From Eledone cirrhosa (taxonomy: Eukaryota), in contig OZ024743.1 of assembly GCA_964016885.1 (NCBI GenBank), positions 320,540,001 to 320,604,000 of the forward strand: a stretch of 64,000 bases of DNA, given 5' to 3'. This document shows, piece by piece, positions 1 through 12,619 of this stretch (positions are counted from its first letter, which is position 1; each line of letters starts with the position of its first letter). Under the pieces are notes generated by a model that made no database searches, was not told the origin of the DNA, and saw only the letters and a list, made by a program, of their open reading frames with translations. The translations under genes and the position numbers were made by a program.

Positions 1-1187
1 AATATAATATATAATTCCCTGTCAGTGTGCATGAACAATATAAAAACATTATAATAACATTATAATAACAATATTATAATATATAGGCATCAAAAGATAT
101 ACAAAATTACATCATACATATAATTCAAGTTTAACAAGTAGTATAAAGTTTTACACAGGGTAAGAAAAAAATCATATAGAACTAAATTGTGTTGAAAAAA
201 TTGTGTTGAAAAATATCTATACCATTGTAACAAATACACGGAGGTCAAGTCATTTTACATTGGCATAAATATTACCAAAATATCACAAAATATTACAAAA
301 TATAACAGAACAGTACCTCAAATAACAGACATATATTAAAATCTATAATACGATTACATAAAAATGATATGATATAACAACGTTAATATCAAATAGCAAA
401 CAGAGTCTAAGGAAATGCTTAATATATATATTTACGTGGTTGACATACACAGACATATATTAATGAAATTACATGGATCAGATAGACAGCGTGTGGTAGT
501 AAAAAAATAAATAAAATAAACCGAAGCTCGAAAAACAAAAACAAGTATATTTACTTAGGTATCACAAGCGGTTAAGTAAAAGAAAAAAAGATAGAAATGT
601 AAACTGGAGAATTGACTAGAAAAACTTTTTAAATTAATTAATATTAAAAGTATTTAAAATACATATTTAGTCACTTCAAAATTGGCTAGTGTTTAAGTCA
701 TCAAAATCGTACAGGTTTAAGATATCTCAATAGAATTATCAAGAATAGAGTAAAATATGCTCCGTTCAGTCGAATAACGTTATCAAATAAAAGGACTCTA
801 AATAGAACTATGGTAGACCAATGGGAACAGAAAGAAGAGAGGTTATGGAGGATAGGAAGGAGCATAAAAGTAAAATCAATATATTATATAATATCATAAA
901 AAGGTGCATAAAGGTGAAATTAATATATAGTATAATAGAAGGGGCGGATATGAAGTGTGTAGAGGAGGAGGTTCATTAGTTGAATGAGACTCCAAACAAA
1001 GTATTTAATAAGATATAAACTCATAAGGTGTTAGTAGTGAAACTATAATAATGCTTAAGAAGAGAGATAGGGTATGGTAGCCAAAAGACTATGGAAACTA
1101 AAATCGAAAAGCTGTAAAAAACTAATAATAATGATGATAATGGTAATCAAAATGAACCTAAACAAAAAAGATAAGGAAATATAGCAG

Positions 1188-3903
1188 CTAATGGATACGA
1201 TTTAAACTACCAGTACTTTTAGGTCTATAATAGAAGAAAGAATTAGAAATGGCATGGGGGCAGGAAGAAAATATCTCAGACTTTCTATTAAGCAAAACTT
1301 CCCACCAGAAAATTATAGAGTGGGTCTTTAGGATACAGAGATTACAGAATTTAGTGTGTGTTGATAGGTTATTAGAGCGTGCTACTATACGCCAATTAAG
1401 GCTATATGGCATACCAGCCCCTTTAAGATCTCAGATATGGTGTGCTAAAGAAGTAGAGTTCTTAAACTTAACATGCTTAAAATTAGAGATATGAGAATTA
1501 AACCTAGTTTTAAAAGTATTAGATGTGGAGCCTATATATGTGCTATTAGAAGAATTAGTCTTAACTTCACCAGCATAAACAATGTTCCTAGAGAGGCAGT
1601 GACCATTTAAAGGGTAGTTAATACTTACTCTACAGTTACACTTCCGGGTGCTATTGACCGGCTGAATGAGTGATGCATCACTCCTAGGGTTATTATAAGA
1701 ATAGATCTGCTCAGGTGGTAAGGCATTAATGGATCTATCAAGACTAGTAGTACGCAAAGAGGAGTAGCTGTCCCTAAGTTTCCTATTGTTAGTGCTAGCT
1801 AAATGAGAACTAATATTAGGGGTGGTAGAGAATGATAGTTTAATTACATTTTTATTAAAAATACCATGGTATTTATTAGAAGGAGGGAAATGTTTCTCTA
1901 AGATAGAAAAGAAAGACCTAGGCATGTTAGTTAATACTTTATGATCATAAGGCGGGTTAAAATAAGTATTGAGTCTCCTCATATGTCTATCCTTACCAAC
2001 TCTACCGTTATCCTGTATCCCACTAATAGGATCAGGGTTACTACGAGGACTAGTTGAAACAATATTATTAGAAGCAGCCAAAACCCTATTGAATCTCCTT
2101 CTGTTTCTACCTTTAGTATATCTACTGTTATCGGGAATCATATCAATAAGATTAGGGTTACTGCCAGGACCAGTTGAACAACACTATTAGAATTACCACT
2201 AAGTGAGCGATCAGAGTGCCTAACTTGTTCCCTAGAACTAATCCCGAAAAGTGTACCATTAGACTCACTATTACGATTACGGTAGCTTAACCTATGGATG
2301 GGTTCAGATACACCTATGGGATTTCTACGATTCTTATGCTTTCTACTCCCATTCATGGCCATATTATGGGATATTATGTTATTATTATTATGGGTAAACG
2401 GAGACTTTCTAAGGTTGTTCTCATTATAACGTATTTTACCAGAGTAACCAGAGTTAGCTAGGGCATTATTATAGTACTCCGCATGTGAATGAAATATTCC
2501 TATATCCTTAGAGAGTGTGGAAATTCTATTAGATAAACCGTTAATTATAGAGCTAATCATAGATTTGGGGTGGTTAGAATTGGGATTAACATAAGAGAGT
2601 ATCTCATTTGGCTTATCGAAGGGTTTATAACTATTAGTGACCAAGTCCAAAGTCACATCTAAAAAGTTGACCGCTCTATCATTTCTATCAATCGTGATCG
2701 AAAGGTTAAAATTTTTAAAAAATTTATAAAGTTTCTTCCTATTATGCTCAATGTTATTGGTGCTAGAGTTTATCACAAACAATGCATCGTCACGATAAAG
2801 TCCGCCTTTAAGGTGCGGAAAGGTAACATACAGTTCATTAAGGAGGAACAGCCCAACAAGATCAGTTACCTGGGCCGAATCACTCGAACCCATTGTAACG
2901 TCGAAGTTGTTGGGTGTGTTTTTACGCGTCCAAAGTGTATCCTCGAATTTGATGATAGTCCTACGGGCTGCCAGAATAACATCAATCTGCGGTCGTGTAA
3001 GGCTAGACACCCGCATGGCCATAATTAAGGCTTTATTAAGGAGGATAGGTGAAATCGACGTGTAATAGGCATCAATATCAAACTGGATAAACCTACTAGA
3101 CTCAAGTTTATTAATACCAGCGAACCAATCTATAAAATCCTTAGTGCTCCCCCATAGATTAAAATGAACCTTTTCCCTAACGGCTGGTATAATCAGGTCA
3201 AGGATTTTCTTACTAATTATAGCTATATCAGACTTAGAAGGACTAATGAGTCTAACAGAAGGATTACTAATGAAGTCTACCTTATGATCCTTAAGAGTGA
3301 ATCTCGGTTCCCTAGGGTAATATGGCTGGGTATACTTATCAAGGCCCAGGTCCGAAACTATCTTGAGACCCTCATTATTGATATGATCCAAATTATCCTG
3401 CGTTGTCTTTTTGTAAATTTTATGCAGCTCCTTATAAATAAAATTACGGTAAGCATTGTAATCCATAGAGTAAAGATTCTTAGTCTTGTCAGCCGGGACA
3501 AACATAGACTTATTCCCTTTAAAATCCTTAACGATATTCTTAAGTTTAGACTGGAACCTGTCGAACTTATTATAGTTCCCATATCTATTATACGGCCTAT
3601 ACTTTATATTTTTGACAAGGGAAAGTAAATCGTTCTCAAAATTATCTATAGAACATTATGCGGTGGGCTCTTATAAGTCTTGAAGCCAAAGTTATTGAAA
3701 CGTGACCTATCCCGGGGGTCAATCCCATTCCTATTAATATCAAAGTGGAAAGCACGCCATCTAATCCTTTTTACGAAGTAGTTAACACTAGCAATTAAGA
3801 GTTTTTCATAAGTATTTCTAGAGGGGATGGGAATATTCTTCAGAGATAAAGGCAGGTAGCTCTTTGTTAGCATACTGTCAGATATATATAAAGGCCAAAA
3901 CAC
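1188..3903 (-). pseudogene. PLE reverse transcriptase + GIY-YIG endonuclease, disrupted
   Basis: SLKNIPIPS..KRIRWRA N-terminus, PADKT, FDIDAYY, MGS, YRDD, NFLDV, CNCR..PL..CL, VY..YIGST..R..H, CNLC..CPH; frameshifts near 3648 and 2170, in-frame TGA at 1431-1433. Confidence 0.92.
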
Positions 3904-4095
3904 CAGTATATAGGAAGAAGCTCAACCAATCGGGAGCCGTAACAAGAATTAAAATACTAGAGTGTGTTGGAGTTAAACGCTCTCTTCATATTATAGAAAT
4001 GACAGTATGAGATATAACTCAATGTAATTAAACCGAGCCGAAGAATTATAAAAAATAAACCAAAGAAGCCTTCAATACATCAACAGTCTTTATTA

Positions 4096-4133
4096 GCCAA
4101 CAATGTTTCGTCCTATTAAGGACTCATCAGGGC
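4096..4133 (-). ncRNA. Minimal type I hammerhead ribozyme in PLE pLTR
   Basis: gcc-CTGATGA-gtcc ttaata ggac-GAAA-c att g-TT-ggc. Confidence 0.85.
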
Positions 4134-4392
4134 AAGTAAATCTACAAGAAGCACTGTCAGCCAATACAAGCCAAAAATTCAGAAGAATATGGAGTATACA
4201 TCTATTAAAGCTTAGGAAAGATATCAAGGAAAAGTTGGCTAAGATTAAGACTGAGCAGTTACAAACATAGATATAGACCAAATAGCTAGGAAGTGATTAA
4301 CATGCTGAACCCACATTGCAAATATTGTATAATAGAAAAACTGGAAACACAAATGGTAATATAATGGTAAAACTTGAAAATGGTAATATAAT

Positions 4393-5417
4393 CCTCAACA
4401 CACTTCATATCCGCCCCTTCTATTATACTATATATACATTTCACCTTTATGCTCCTTTCTATGATATTATATAATATATTGATTTTACTTTTATGCTCCT
4501 TCCTATCCTCCATAACCTCTCTTCTTTCTGTTCCCATTGGTCTACCATAGTTCTATTTAGAGTCCTTTTATTTGATAACGTTATTCGACTGAACGGACCA
4601 TATTTTACTCTATTCTTGATAATTTTATTGAGATATCTTAAACCTGTACGATTTTGATGACTTAAACACTAGCCAATTTTGAAGTGACTAAATATGTATT
4701 TTAAATACTTTTAATATTAATTAATTTAAAAAGGTTTTCTAGTCAATTCTCCGGTTTACATTTCTATCTTTTTTTCTTTTACTTAACCGCTTGTGATACC
4801 TAAGTAAATATACTTGTTTCTGTTTTTCGATCTTCGGTTTATTTAATTTATTTTTTTATTACCTCACGCTGTCTATCTGATCCATGTAATTTCATTAATA
4901 TATGTCTGTGTATGTCAACCACGTAAATATATATATTAAGCATTTCCTTAGACTCTGTTTGCTATTTGATATTAACGTTGTTATATCATATCATTTTTAT
5001 GTAATCGTATTATAAATTTTAATATATGTCTGTTATTTGAGGTACTGTTCTGTTATATTTTGTAATATTTTGTGATATTTTGGTAATATTTATGCCAATG
5101 TAAAATGACTTGACCTCCGTGTATTTGTTACAATTGTATAGATATTTTTCAACACAATTTTTTCAACACAATTTAGTTCTATATGATTTTTTTCTTACCC
5201 TGTGTAAAACTCTATACTATTTGTTAACCTTGAATTATATGTATGATGTAATTTTGTATATCTTTTGATGCCTATATATTATAATATTGTTATTATAATG
5301 TTATTATAATGTTTTTATATTGTTCATGCACACTGACAGGGAATTATATATTATATTTTATTTTTATTTTTATTTTTATCTTTATTCTTATTTTTATCTT
5401 TATTATATTATACTGTA

Positions 5418-5460
<43 letters not shown>

Positions 5461-5915
5461 AATACTTAATAAGTGTTAGTTTGTGTTTAAACTGATGTGT
5501 ATATGTATAAATATATATATATACATATATTAAGCTATTTATTATCACCATATATTATATTATATTATATTCTATATCGTACTGTAATTCTCGCATTATA
5601 TTACCATTTGTGTTTCAAGTTTTTGCATTATACAATATTTGCAATGTGGGTTCAACATGTTAATCACTTCCTTGCTATTTGGTCTATATCTATGTTTGTA
5701 ACTGCTCACTCTTAATCTTACCCAACTTTTCCTTGATATCTTTCCTAAGCTTTAATAGATATATACTCCATATTCTTCTGAGTTTTTGGCTTGTATTGGC
5801 CGATAGTGCTTCTTGTAGCTTTACTTGCCCTGACGAGTCCTTAGTAGGACGAAACATTGTTGGCTAATAGAGACTTTTGATGTATTGAAGGCTTCTTTGG
5901 TTTATTTTTTATAAT
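4393..5915 (+). repeat. Inverted copy of the PLE 3' region (inverted pLTR, ~1.5 kb)
   Basis: Near-identical reverse complement of 1-965 and of 4045-4366. Confidence 0.93.
5827..5864 (+). ncRNA. Minimal type I hammerhead ribozyme in the inverted pLTR
   Basis: gcc-CTGACGA-gtcc ttagta ggac-GAAA-c att g-TT-ggc. Confidence 0.85.
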
Positions 5916-5918
5916 TTT

Positions 5919-5962
<44 letters not shown>

Positions 5963-6005
5963 GATAACAAGGACAATTGATTACTCCTTCATTGCATTTA
6001 TTGAT

Positions 6006-6092
6006 AGGTGACGCGCGTTTCGCCACTGATCAGCTCAAGGTTCGATCTGTATCGATCTTACCCGACTCAATAATCGGCAGCTCGACGGACCC
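6006..6092 (-). ncRNA. Hammerhead-like motif with variant core and long stem II
   Basis: gggt-CCGTCGA-gctgccgat...atcagtggc-GAAA-cgcgcg-TC-acct. Confidence 0.6.
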
Positions 6093-6437
6093 TTTTAAAA
6101 TGCTATAAGAAAATGAAATACATGCTATGTGTTAAAGTCAGAATTTCAAAGGTTTGACAAAATTAGTTGTTTTGATTGGTGGGAAGGATCAAAGGGGTGT
6201 ACTGGCCTGTAGTGTATATGGGGTGGATGTGATGATAAGATGGTGGTGACGGTCATTTACTTGGATGGGCTGTGGTGTGGGGTTAGTGGGTTGTTGGTAG
6301 ACGGGTTGGCGTGTGTGGGGTGTGGTTGGTGTTGTTGTATATGGTAGTGACGTTTGTGGTGGTGTGGTTGATGTCTTGGTGGTGTCGAGTCTTTGGGGAG
6401 ATACATAGCTAGACGCTCTTCGTCTGACAAATACGTT

Positions 6438-6971
6438 GTATATATATATATATATATACATATATATACATACATACACACACATGTATGAATACATGCG
6501 CATATATATATTCATATATATACACAGGAACACACCCACATACACACACACACACCCGCGTCCACAGACACGCACCCGCGCCCACACACACACAGCCGCG
6601 CCCACACATATCTACACACACATACACACCCATATGCATATATACACACAAGTATGTGCATGTGGGCGTGCGGACACATATAGGGAAAGTGGGGAGTATC
6701 TGTGGGGGTGGCGTAGGACAAAGATGGAGGGAAGGTGAGAGCCAATGGAGATGGTGTTATAGATATAGACATACACATACATACACTCATACACACATAC
6801 GGATATGCGCACATACACGCACAACACGTATACATATACATACACATACACAGACATGTATACACACACATATACACACACACACACATACACACACATA
6901 CACATACATGCACATATACGCACATATATACACACAAACATATATATACATATACATATACATATATATAA

Positions 6972-7039
<68 letters not shown>

Positions 7040-7060
7040 TTTATATGCATACACGCACGC
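6438..7060. repeat. (TA)n/(CA)n/(TACA)n compound microsatellite, representative of dozens in the window
   Basis: Directly visible; source of the IY/TH/CV pseudo-ORFs. Confidence 0.95.
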
Positions 7061-7922
7061 ATATTTATACGTCCGTATATGTAAAAAATATTTATGTTGT
7101 CGTCATGGTGGTGGTGCTTGGGGTGATATGTTCGACAAAATGATTACATGATCAGAAGTTACGGTGTGTTACAGGGTAAGGCAGACGGGGGCGGATATGA
7201 CACAGTCGATCTGGGAGTGAGGGATGGTATGTGTTGATGATGTTAATGATGGTTTCGCAGTTCTTCTGCTTTTCAAATGTAGAGTTGAGAAGGAGGGTCT
7301 GTGGTTTTCTCACACCTGGTTGGTCTTTGAATGTTACTTGGTTTATATGGAAAAAAAGTGGCTCAAAACGCCAGGTTTTTACAGAAGTAATTTGATTGGT
7401 TGGTAAATAGTATAATAAATTTCGCGCCAGTTCAAGTTTCAAAGTTCTTCAACCAAGGGGAGGGGGATCAGGTTGTTTTTTCATATATCATAGTTTGAAT
7501 TTCTTTTTACTTAAAAAAAGGGGCTCACGAAGGCTCTTTTTTTTAAATGTAATTTGATTGGTTATAAATAAAATTATGGCTGTCGCGTGAACAAGTTCAT
7601 TAAATTTCGCGCCCGTATTTGGGAATTTATTTTGTAGCCTTTTAGAGAATTTTATGACAATAAAAGAAGTGGCCCACGAAGGCTTTTCTTTTTAATGTAA
7701 TTTGATTGGTTATAAATGAAATTATGGCTGTCACGTGAACAAGTTCATTAAATTTCGCGCCCGTATTTGGGAATTTATTTTAAAGAATTTTATGACAAGC
7801 AAAAATGGGATGGGAGAATTGTTCTGGTTCAGTGAATATGGCTAGTTCGTTGGGGTGCCAGAGTTCATATTTTCTATTATAAAAATTTAATAAATGGCAT
7901 CAATTACCATATCCAATTCACA

Positions 7923-8860
7923 ATGGAATACAGCCAAGATCAACTGCCATTTCCGGACATCTTAATCTTAAAAAAAGACACAGATATTGAAACTGACATA
8001 CACTACAAACCAACAGATTCCAAACAATACCTGCCAAAGCACTCGAAGACGAACATTCCTTTTAACCTAGCAAGAAGAATTTGCACAATTGTCTCCAATT
8101 ATGAAACGCGAAATAAAAGACTTCAAGAATTAAAGGAAATTCTACTCGAAAGACAGTACCCACCAGTACTAATAAATAATGGAATAGAAAGGGCTAAAGT
8201 AATAGGCATTGATGAATTACGAAAACAGAAACAAATTCAAGGTACGTCCAATATTCTATCATATATCTCAACACACAACCCAAAAATGCGGAAGCTTACA
8301 ACACTATTCACAAGAACATTCCACTACTCAAACAAGACCCAAGAATGAAAAAAGCCCTTGAAACACACAAAATAATCAAAAGCAAAAGACAACCGAAATC
8401 ACTGAAAACATTACTCACCAATGCTAAATTACCTACCACAAACCCAGAACCAACTCTCAAAAAATGTGGTCACTCTAATTGTGGAACCTGCACTCACCTC
8501 ATTGAAGGCAACATGTATACATTTAAATCAGGACAAAATTTTCCTGTAAAAAATCACTTCCCTTGCTCATCAAAAAATATAATGTATGCCATTAAATGTA
8601 CAGTATGCAATGAAGATTATATAGGACAAACTAAACTCACACTCAGAAATAGAATGACAGTTCATCGCCAACAATTACGAGATCCAACCAAGAGACAGAT
8701 ACCACTAAGCGCATCTCTAGACATTTGCGCAAGTAATAAGACACCCAAATTCCAAGTCTTCACATTTTACCTTTGTGCTGACAATACAACAGAACAAATA
8801 CGAATAAATAAGGAAAATATGTTTATTCAAAAATATAGACCAGCATTAAATATGGTTTAA
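7923..8860 (+). pseudogene. PLE RT thumb + Cys-rich linker + GIY-YIG endonuclease, frameshifted
   Basis: LPFPDI..YKPTD..IPFNLARRI; CGHSNCGTC; CSSKNIMYAIKCTVCNEDYIGQT..RMTVH; frameshift near 8285. Confidence 0.88.
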
Positions 8861-9693
8861 TATACATTATGTCAACACCATAACATGCTAACCATCCAAA
8901 CAGACACATGCACACACACATAACACCTTCTACTTTAGAAAATAAAAACCCGAACTAAATAAACCTTAACATACGTTTGCGCTGACAATGCAACAGAACA
9001 AATACGAATAAGTAGGGAAAATATGTTCATTCAAAAATATTCCTACTAACGGAATCATGTTCCTACACACACACACAAAATATATATTCTCTTCATCTTA
9101 ACAGGCTAACCATACTCCCACACACACATAACACCCATACACACACATACTTAATCCCCCCCCCCACACACACACAACTATCTCCCCCATTTCTCCTAAT
9201 AGAATCATTTTCCTACACACACACACACACAAAATATATATATTCTGTCCATCTTAACATACTCCCACACACACATAACACCCATATACACACACACAAC
9301 CCCTTCCCCCATTTCTACCAATAGAATCATCTTACTATACACACACACACACACACACAAACACACAAATAAACATACAAATGTCTACTTTCTTTATTTC
9401 AATAGAAAATCTGAACTCTGACACCCCAACGAACTAGCCATATTCACTGAACCAGAACAATTCTCCCATCCCATTTCTCTTTACCATTCTTTTGCTTGTC
9501 ATTACATTCTCTAAAAGGCTACAAAATAAATTCCCAGATACGAGCGCGAAATTTATTATACTTATTGACCAACCAATCAAATTACTTCTGTAAAAACCTG
9601 GCGTTTCGAGCCACTTTTTTTCCATATAAAACAAGTAACATTCAGAGACCAACCAGATGTGAGAAAAACCACAGACCCTGCATCTCAACTCTA

Positions 9694-9729
9694 CTTTTGA
9701 AAAGCAGAAGAACTGCGAAACCGGTAAAG
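9694..9729 (+). ncRNA. Hammerhead ribozyme with U3-A8 covariant core
   Basis: ctt-TTGAAAA-gcag aagaa ctgc-GAAA-ccgg-TA-aag; copies at 24681-24718(-), 25067-25104(+), 58457-58493(-), partial at 7252-7277(-). Confidence 0.7.
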
Positions 9730-9883
9730 GAACCAAAGAAATATATATATATATTTTTAAAATAAGACTCCAGTTGCATTTTCGATTTCATCTTTTTGAT
9801 ATATATACACTTACATTTGTGGATGTGTTTTTTGGTTGTTTGTGTGCGTGCGTGTGTATGTATGTATGTGTGTATGCATGTAT

Positions 9884-9979
<96 letters not shown>

Positions 9980-10304
9980 TTAATTTTGTGTATCTGTATT
10001 TTTATGTAATTGCACACTTCCTGTATTTGTTTATTTTTGTTTATTCTTACCCCCCCCCCCTCTCTCTTATCGTTGTCAACGCCCATCCTCTGTCTATCTT
10101 ATTTTATTTTATTTTATTTTATTTTTTACTTTGAATATTTTTTGTTCTTATTCATTTATTTATTTATTCTTATTACTTCATGTATATGTATGTGTGTGTA
10201 TTTTGTTCATGTTGGTTGATACATATACGCTTATGTCTACGTACTTTTTAAGTATATGCGCGTGGTTGAGTGTGTGTATGTATGTTCATTTATTTATTTT
10301 ATAT

Positions 10305-10354
<50 letters not shown>

Positions 10355-10964
10355 CATGAGAAGAAAGAAGAATACTGCGTGGTTTGCACATGGGTTACAT
10401 ATGATAAAAATAGTCCTTCGTCAGTGATTTTCCAACCATCATTGGTATTTCATCGCATTAAAAATCAGATACCTCAGGTTGGTGTGAGCAATAACTAAAA
10501 AAAGTTATTGGGACCAGAATTCGCGTAAGGCGAGGGGGACAAGTAAACAACATAGAAGGATAAAAGCAAACCGAAGATAGGAAAATAAACAAGCAACATG
10601 GTTGTCCAGTCAGCTTAAGCTGGGTGGATTTCATGAGCGAGAGAGGTACAGACCGTGTTGATGTGTGTGAGATGTGAGCAAGAAGAGACCCACACAAGCC
10701 AAACGGGAGGAAGTGAGAAGGGGGGAAACAGAGAGTGAGTGAGTGGAAGTGTGAGGAAGAGGTCAGTCGAGAGAAAGTGTAACTGACAGAGGGGGCGAAA
10801 GAAGGTGAGAGAAACAGGGAGAGCGGGGAAGCAGTAAGAGAGAAACAGACAAACGCAGCCGAGGTAAATATATATAAAATACATGAGAAGAAAGAAGAAT
10901 ACTGCGTGGTTTGCAGAAAGAAGAATACTGCGTGGGTTACATATGATAAAAATAGTCCTTCGTC

Positions 10965-11046
<82 letters not shown>

Positions 11047-11052
<6 letters not shown>

Positions 11053-11892
11053 GACGTAAATAAGAAAGTTATGAAAATTGACTTACTTACTAAAATTTCA
11101 CTCCAACTAATTAGTTTCTGTAAGGGGATAAATATGGTTACGGGACTTATATAAAAATAATTCAGTGGATGGAAAAAAGCGAGCGGGGACTAGATTCCAA
11201 GACGTTGAAAAATTCACTGCCTACTTGGTCAAGTGGCAAATTCAAAAGAATCAATCACGTGACATTGAGGTTAATCAGTGAGAGTGGGGGTGCTATTAAG
11301 ACAGGGCCTATATATATTTGCTAACATAGGTATGCATCTGTATACATATGTTGGTAGATATACTAATTCTTTATAATTAACTCCAAATTATTTGTTGAGC
11401 AAAACTGCCGAAATTACTACTATGATTAATAGTAGTGGCTAGGCCCTGTCTTAATAGCACCCCCACTCTCACTGATTAACCTCAGTGTCACGTGATTGAT
11501 TCTTTTGAATTTGCCACTTGACCAAGTAGGCAGTGTATTTTTCAATGTCTTGGAATCTAGTCCCCGCTCGCTTTTTTCCATCCACTGAATTATTTTTATA
11601 TAAGTTCCCAGTGTCCTCGCATTGTCTGGAAGCTTAGCTGAGAATAGACTCCCTGATGACGTAAGGCTTCTCTGTGGATACGCTCCGTAACCATATTTAT
11701 CCCCTTACAGAAACTAATTAGTTGGAGTGAAATTTTAGTAAGTAAGTCAATTTTCATAACTTTCTTATTTACGTCTTTCATATAATTGTTCTGCATCCCC
11801 TTGCATAGAACCACAAAGTTACTAAGACAAAACATATATATTTGCTAACATAGGTATGAATCTGTATACATATGTTGGTAGATATACTAATT

Positions 11893-11900
<8 letters not shown>
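11047..11900. mobile_element. Non-coding inverted-plus-direct repeat element inside (TA)n, with PLE pLTR-like architecture
   Basis: 11047-11309 is inverted relative to 11440-11782; 11311-11375 is repeated directly at 11835-11899. Confidence 0.7.
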
Positions 11901-11980
<80 letters not shown>

Positions 11981-12064
11981 CTTTTCTTCTTCGCCCGTTG
12001 TTTCCTCCGCCTCACTTTCATATTTCTTATATTTTGTTTTCAAATCAAAAAACACCATGTTTTA

Positions 12065-12122
12065 TTCATTCTGACGACTGAATGCATATATATCTGCTTT
12101 CAAGAAACCACTGGTAAATGAA
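12065..12122 (+). ncRNA. Type I hammerhead ribozyme, 3-copy family
   Basis: ttcatt-CTGACGA-stem II-GAAA-ccactgg-TA-aatgaa; homologues at 24030-24090(-) and 36890-36950(+). Confidence 0.78.
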
Positions 12123-12245
12123 ATAATTATCTTATGTTGTTTATTACATAACTAATAAACTATGTAACCTACATTGAACACTCTTTTATCCTATAACTTT
12201 CCGACGGAATTACTTCATTTAGACATATATATATATATATATATA

Positions 12246-12615
12246 TGGTGGCTGCAGACTCTGCTAAATGTATTGCAATCGCTTGTAAGAGATCTTGAAC
12301 AAGCAATGTCTGTGCTTTGAGGGTTCTTTACGTTGGAAAAGGCCTTGCACTAGACCAATCGCCACTTTCTGAGCATCGAAAACACTACCCGAAAAGGAGA
12401 ACTTGTCAACATCATCGGATGCTTCCAAAGCGGCAGGTTTTTTTCAGAGTTTCCCTCTCTAAGAAAGGTGTTGTGACAACTGGGAGGCCTTTCACTGCCA
12501 GGTGGATTTGAGTACTATTTGGATGGCCGTTGACTCTGTTTAGTTCCTCCGCTCTTTGCCGGGTCTTGTATTTCATCCCGCAGGGTGTCCAAATATCACC
12601 CTCCTCACTAAGAAA
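12246..12615 (-). mobile_element. Short interspersed repeat, probably RTE-derived and non-autonomous
   Basis: Highly similar to 61716-62185 and related to 52880-53482; shared terminus (at)ggtggctgca abutting a microsatellite. Confidence 0.6.
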
Positions 12616-12619
12616 GCTC

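Larger units (their letters stand above)
1..5920 (-). mobile_element. Penelope-like retroelement (Naiad-like) with partial-tandem and inverted pseudo-LTRs; 3' end runs off the window
   Basis: RT+GIY-YIG ORF remnants at 1188-3903; 4393-5357 is the reverse complement of ~965-1; 5595-5915 is the reverse complement of ~4045-4366; HHR in both pLTR copies. Confidence 0.92.
7245..9795 (+). mobile_element. 5'-truncated Penelope-like element (Neptune-like) with inverted 5' pLTR
   Basis: 7250-7430 and 7800-7875 are reverse complements of parts of 9405-9725; ORF remnants 7923-8860; HHR near the 3' end. Confidence 0.85.

Noticed and set aside
6189-7143. Many ORFs rich in IY, TH, CV or YVCM (also at 9.8, 18.7, 21, 33, 36, 46, 57 and 61 kb)
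   Set aside because: Translations of stop-free (TA)n/(CA)n/(TACA)n microsatellites
10355-10965. Repeated segment with minus-strand CTGACGA (10420 and 10960)
   Set aside because: GAAA is absent and stems are unconvincing; left as an unclassified repeat
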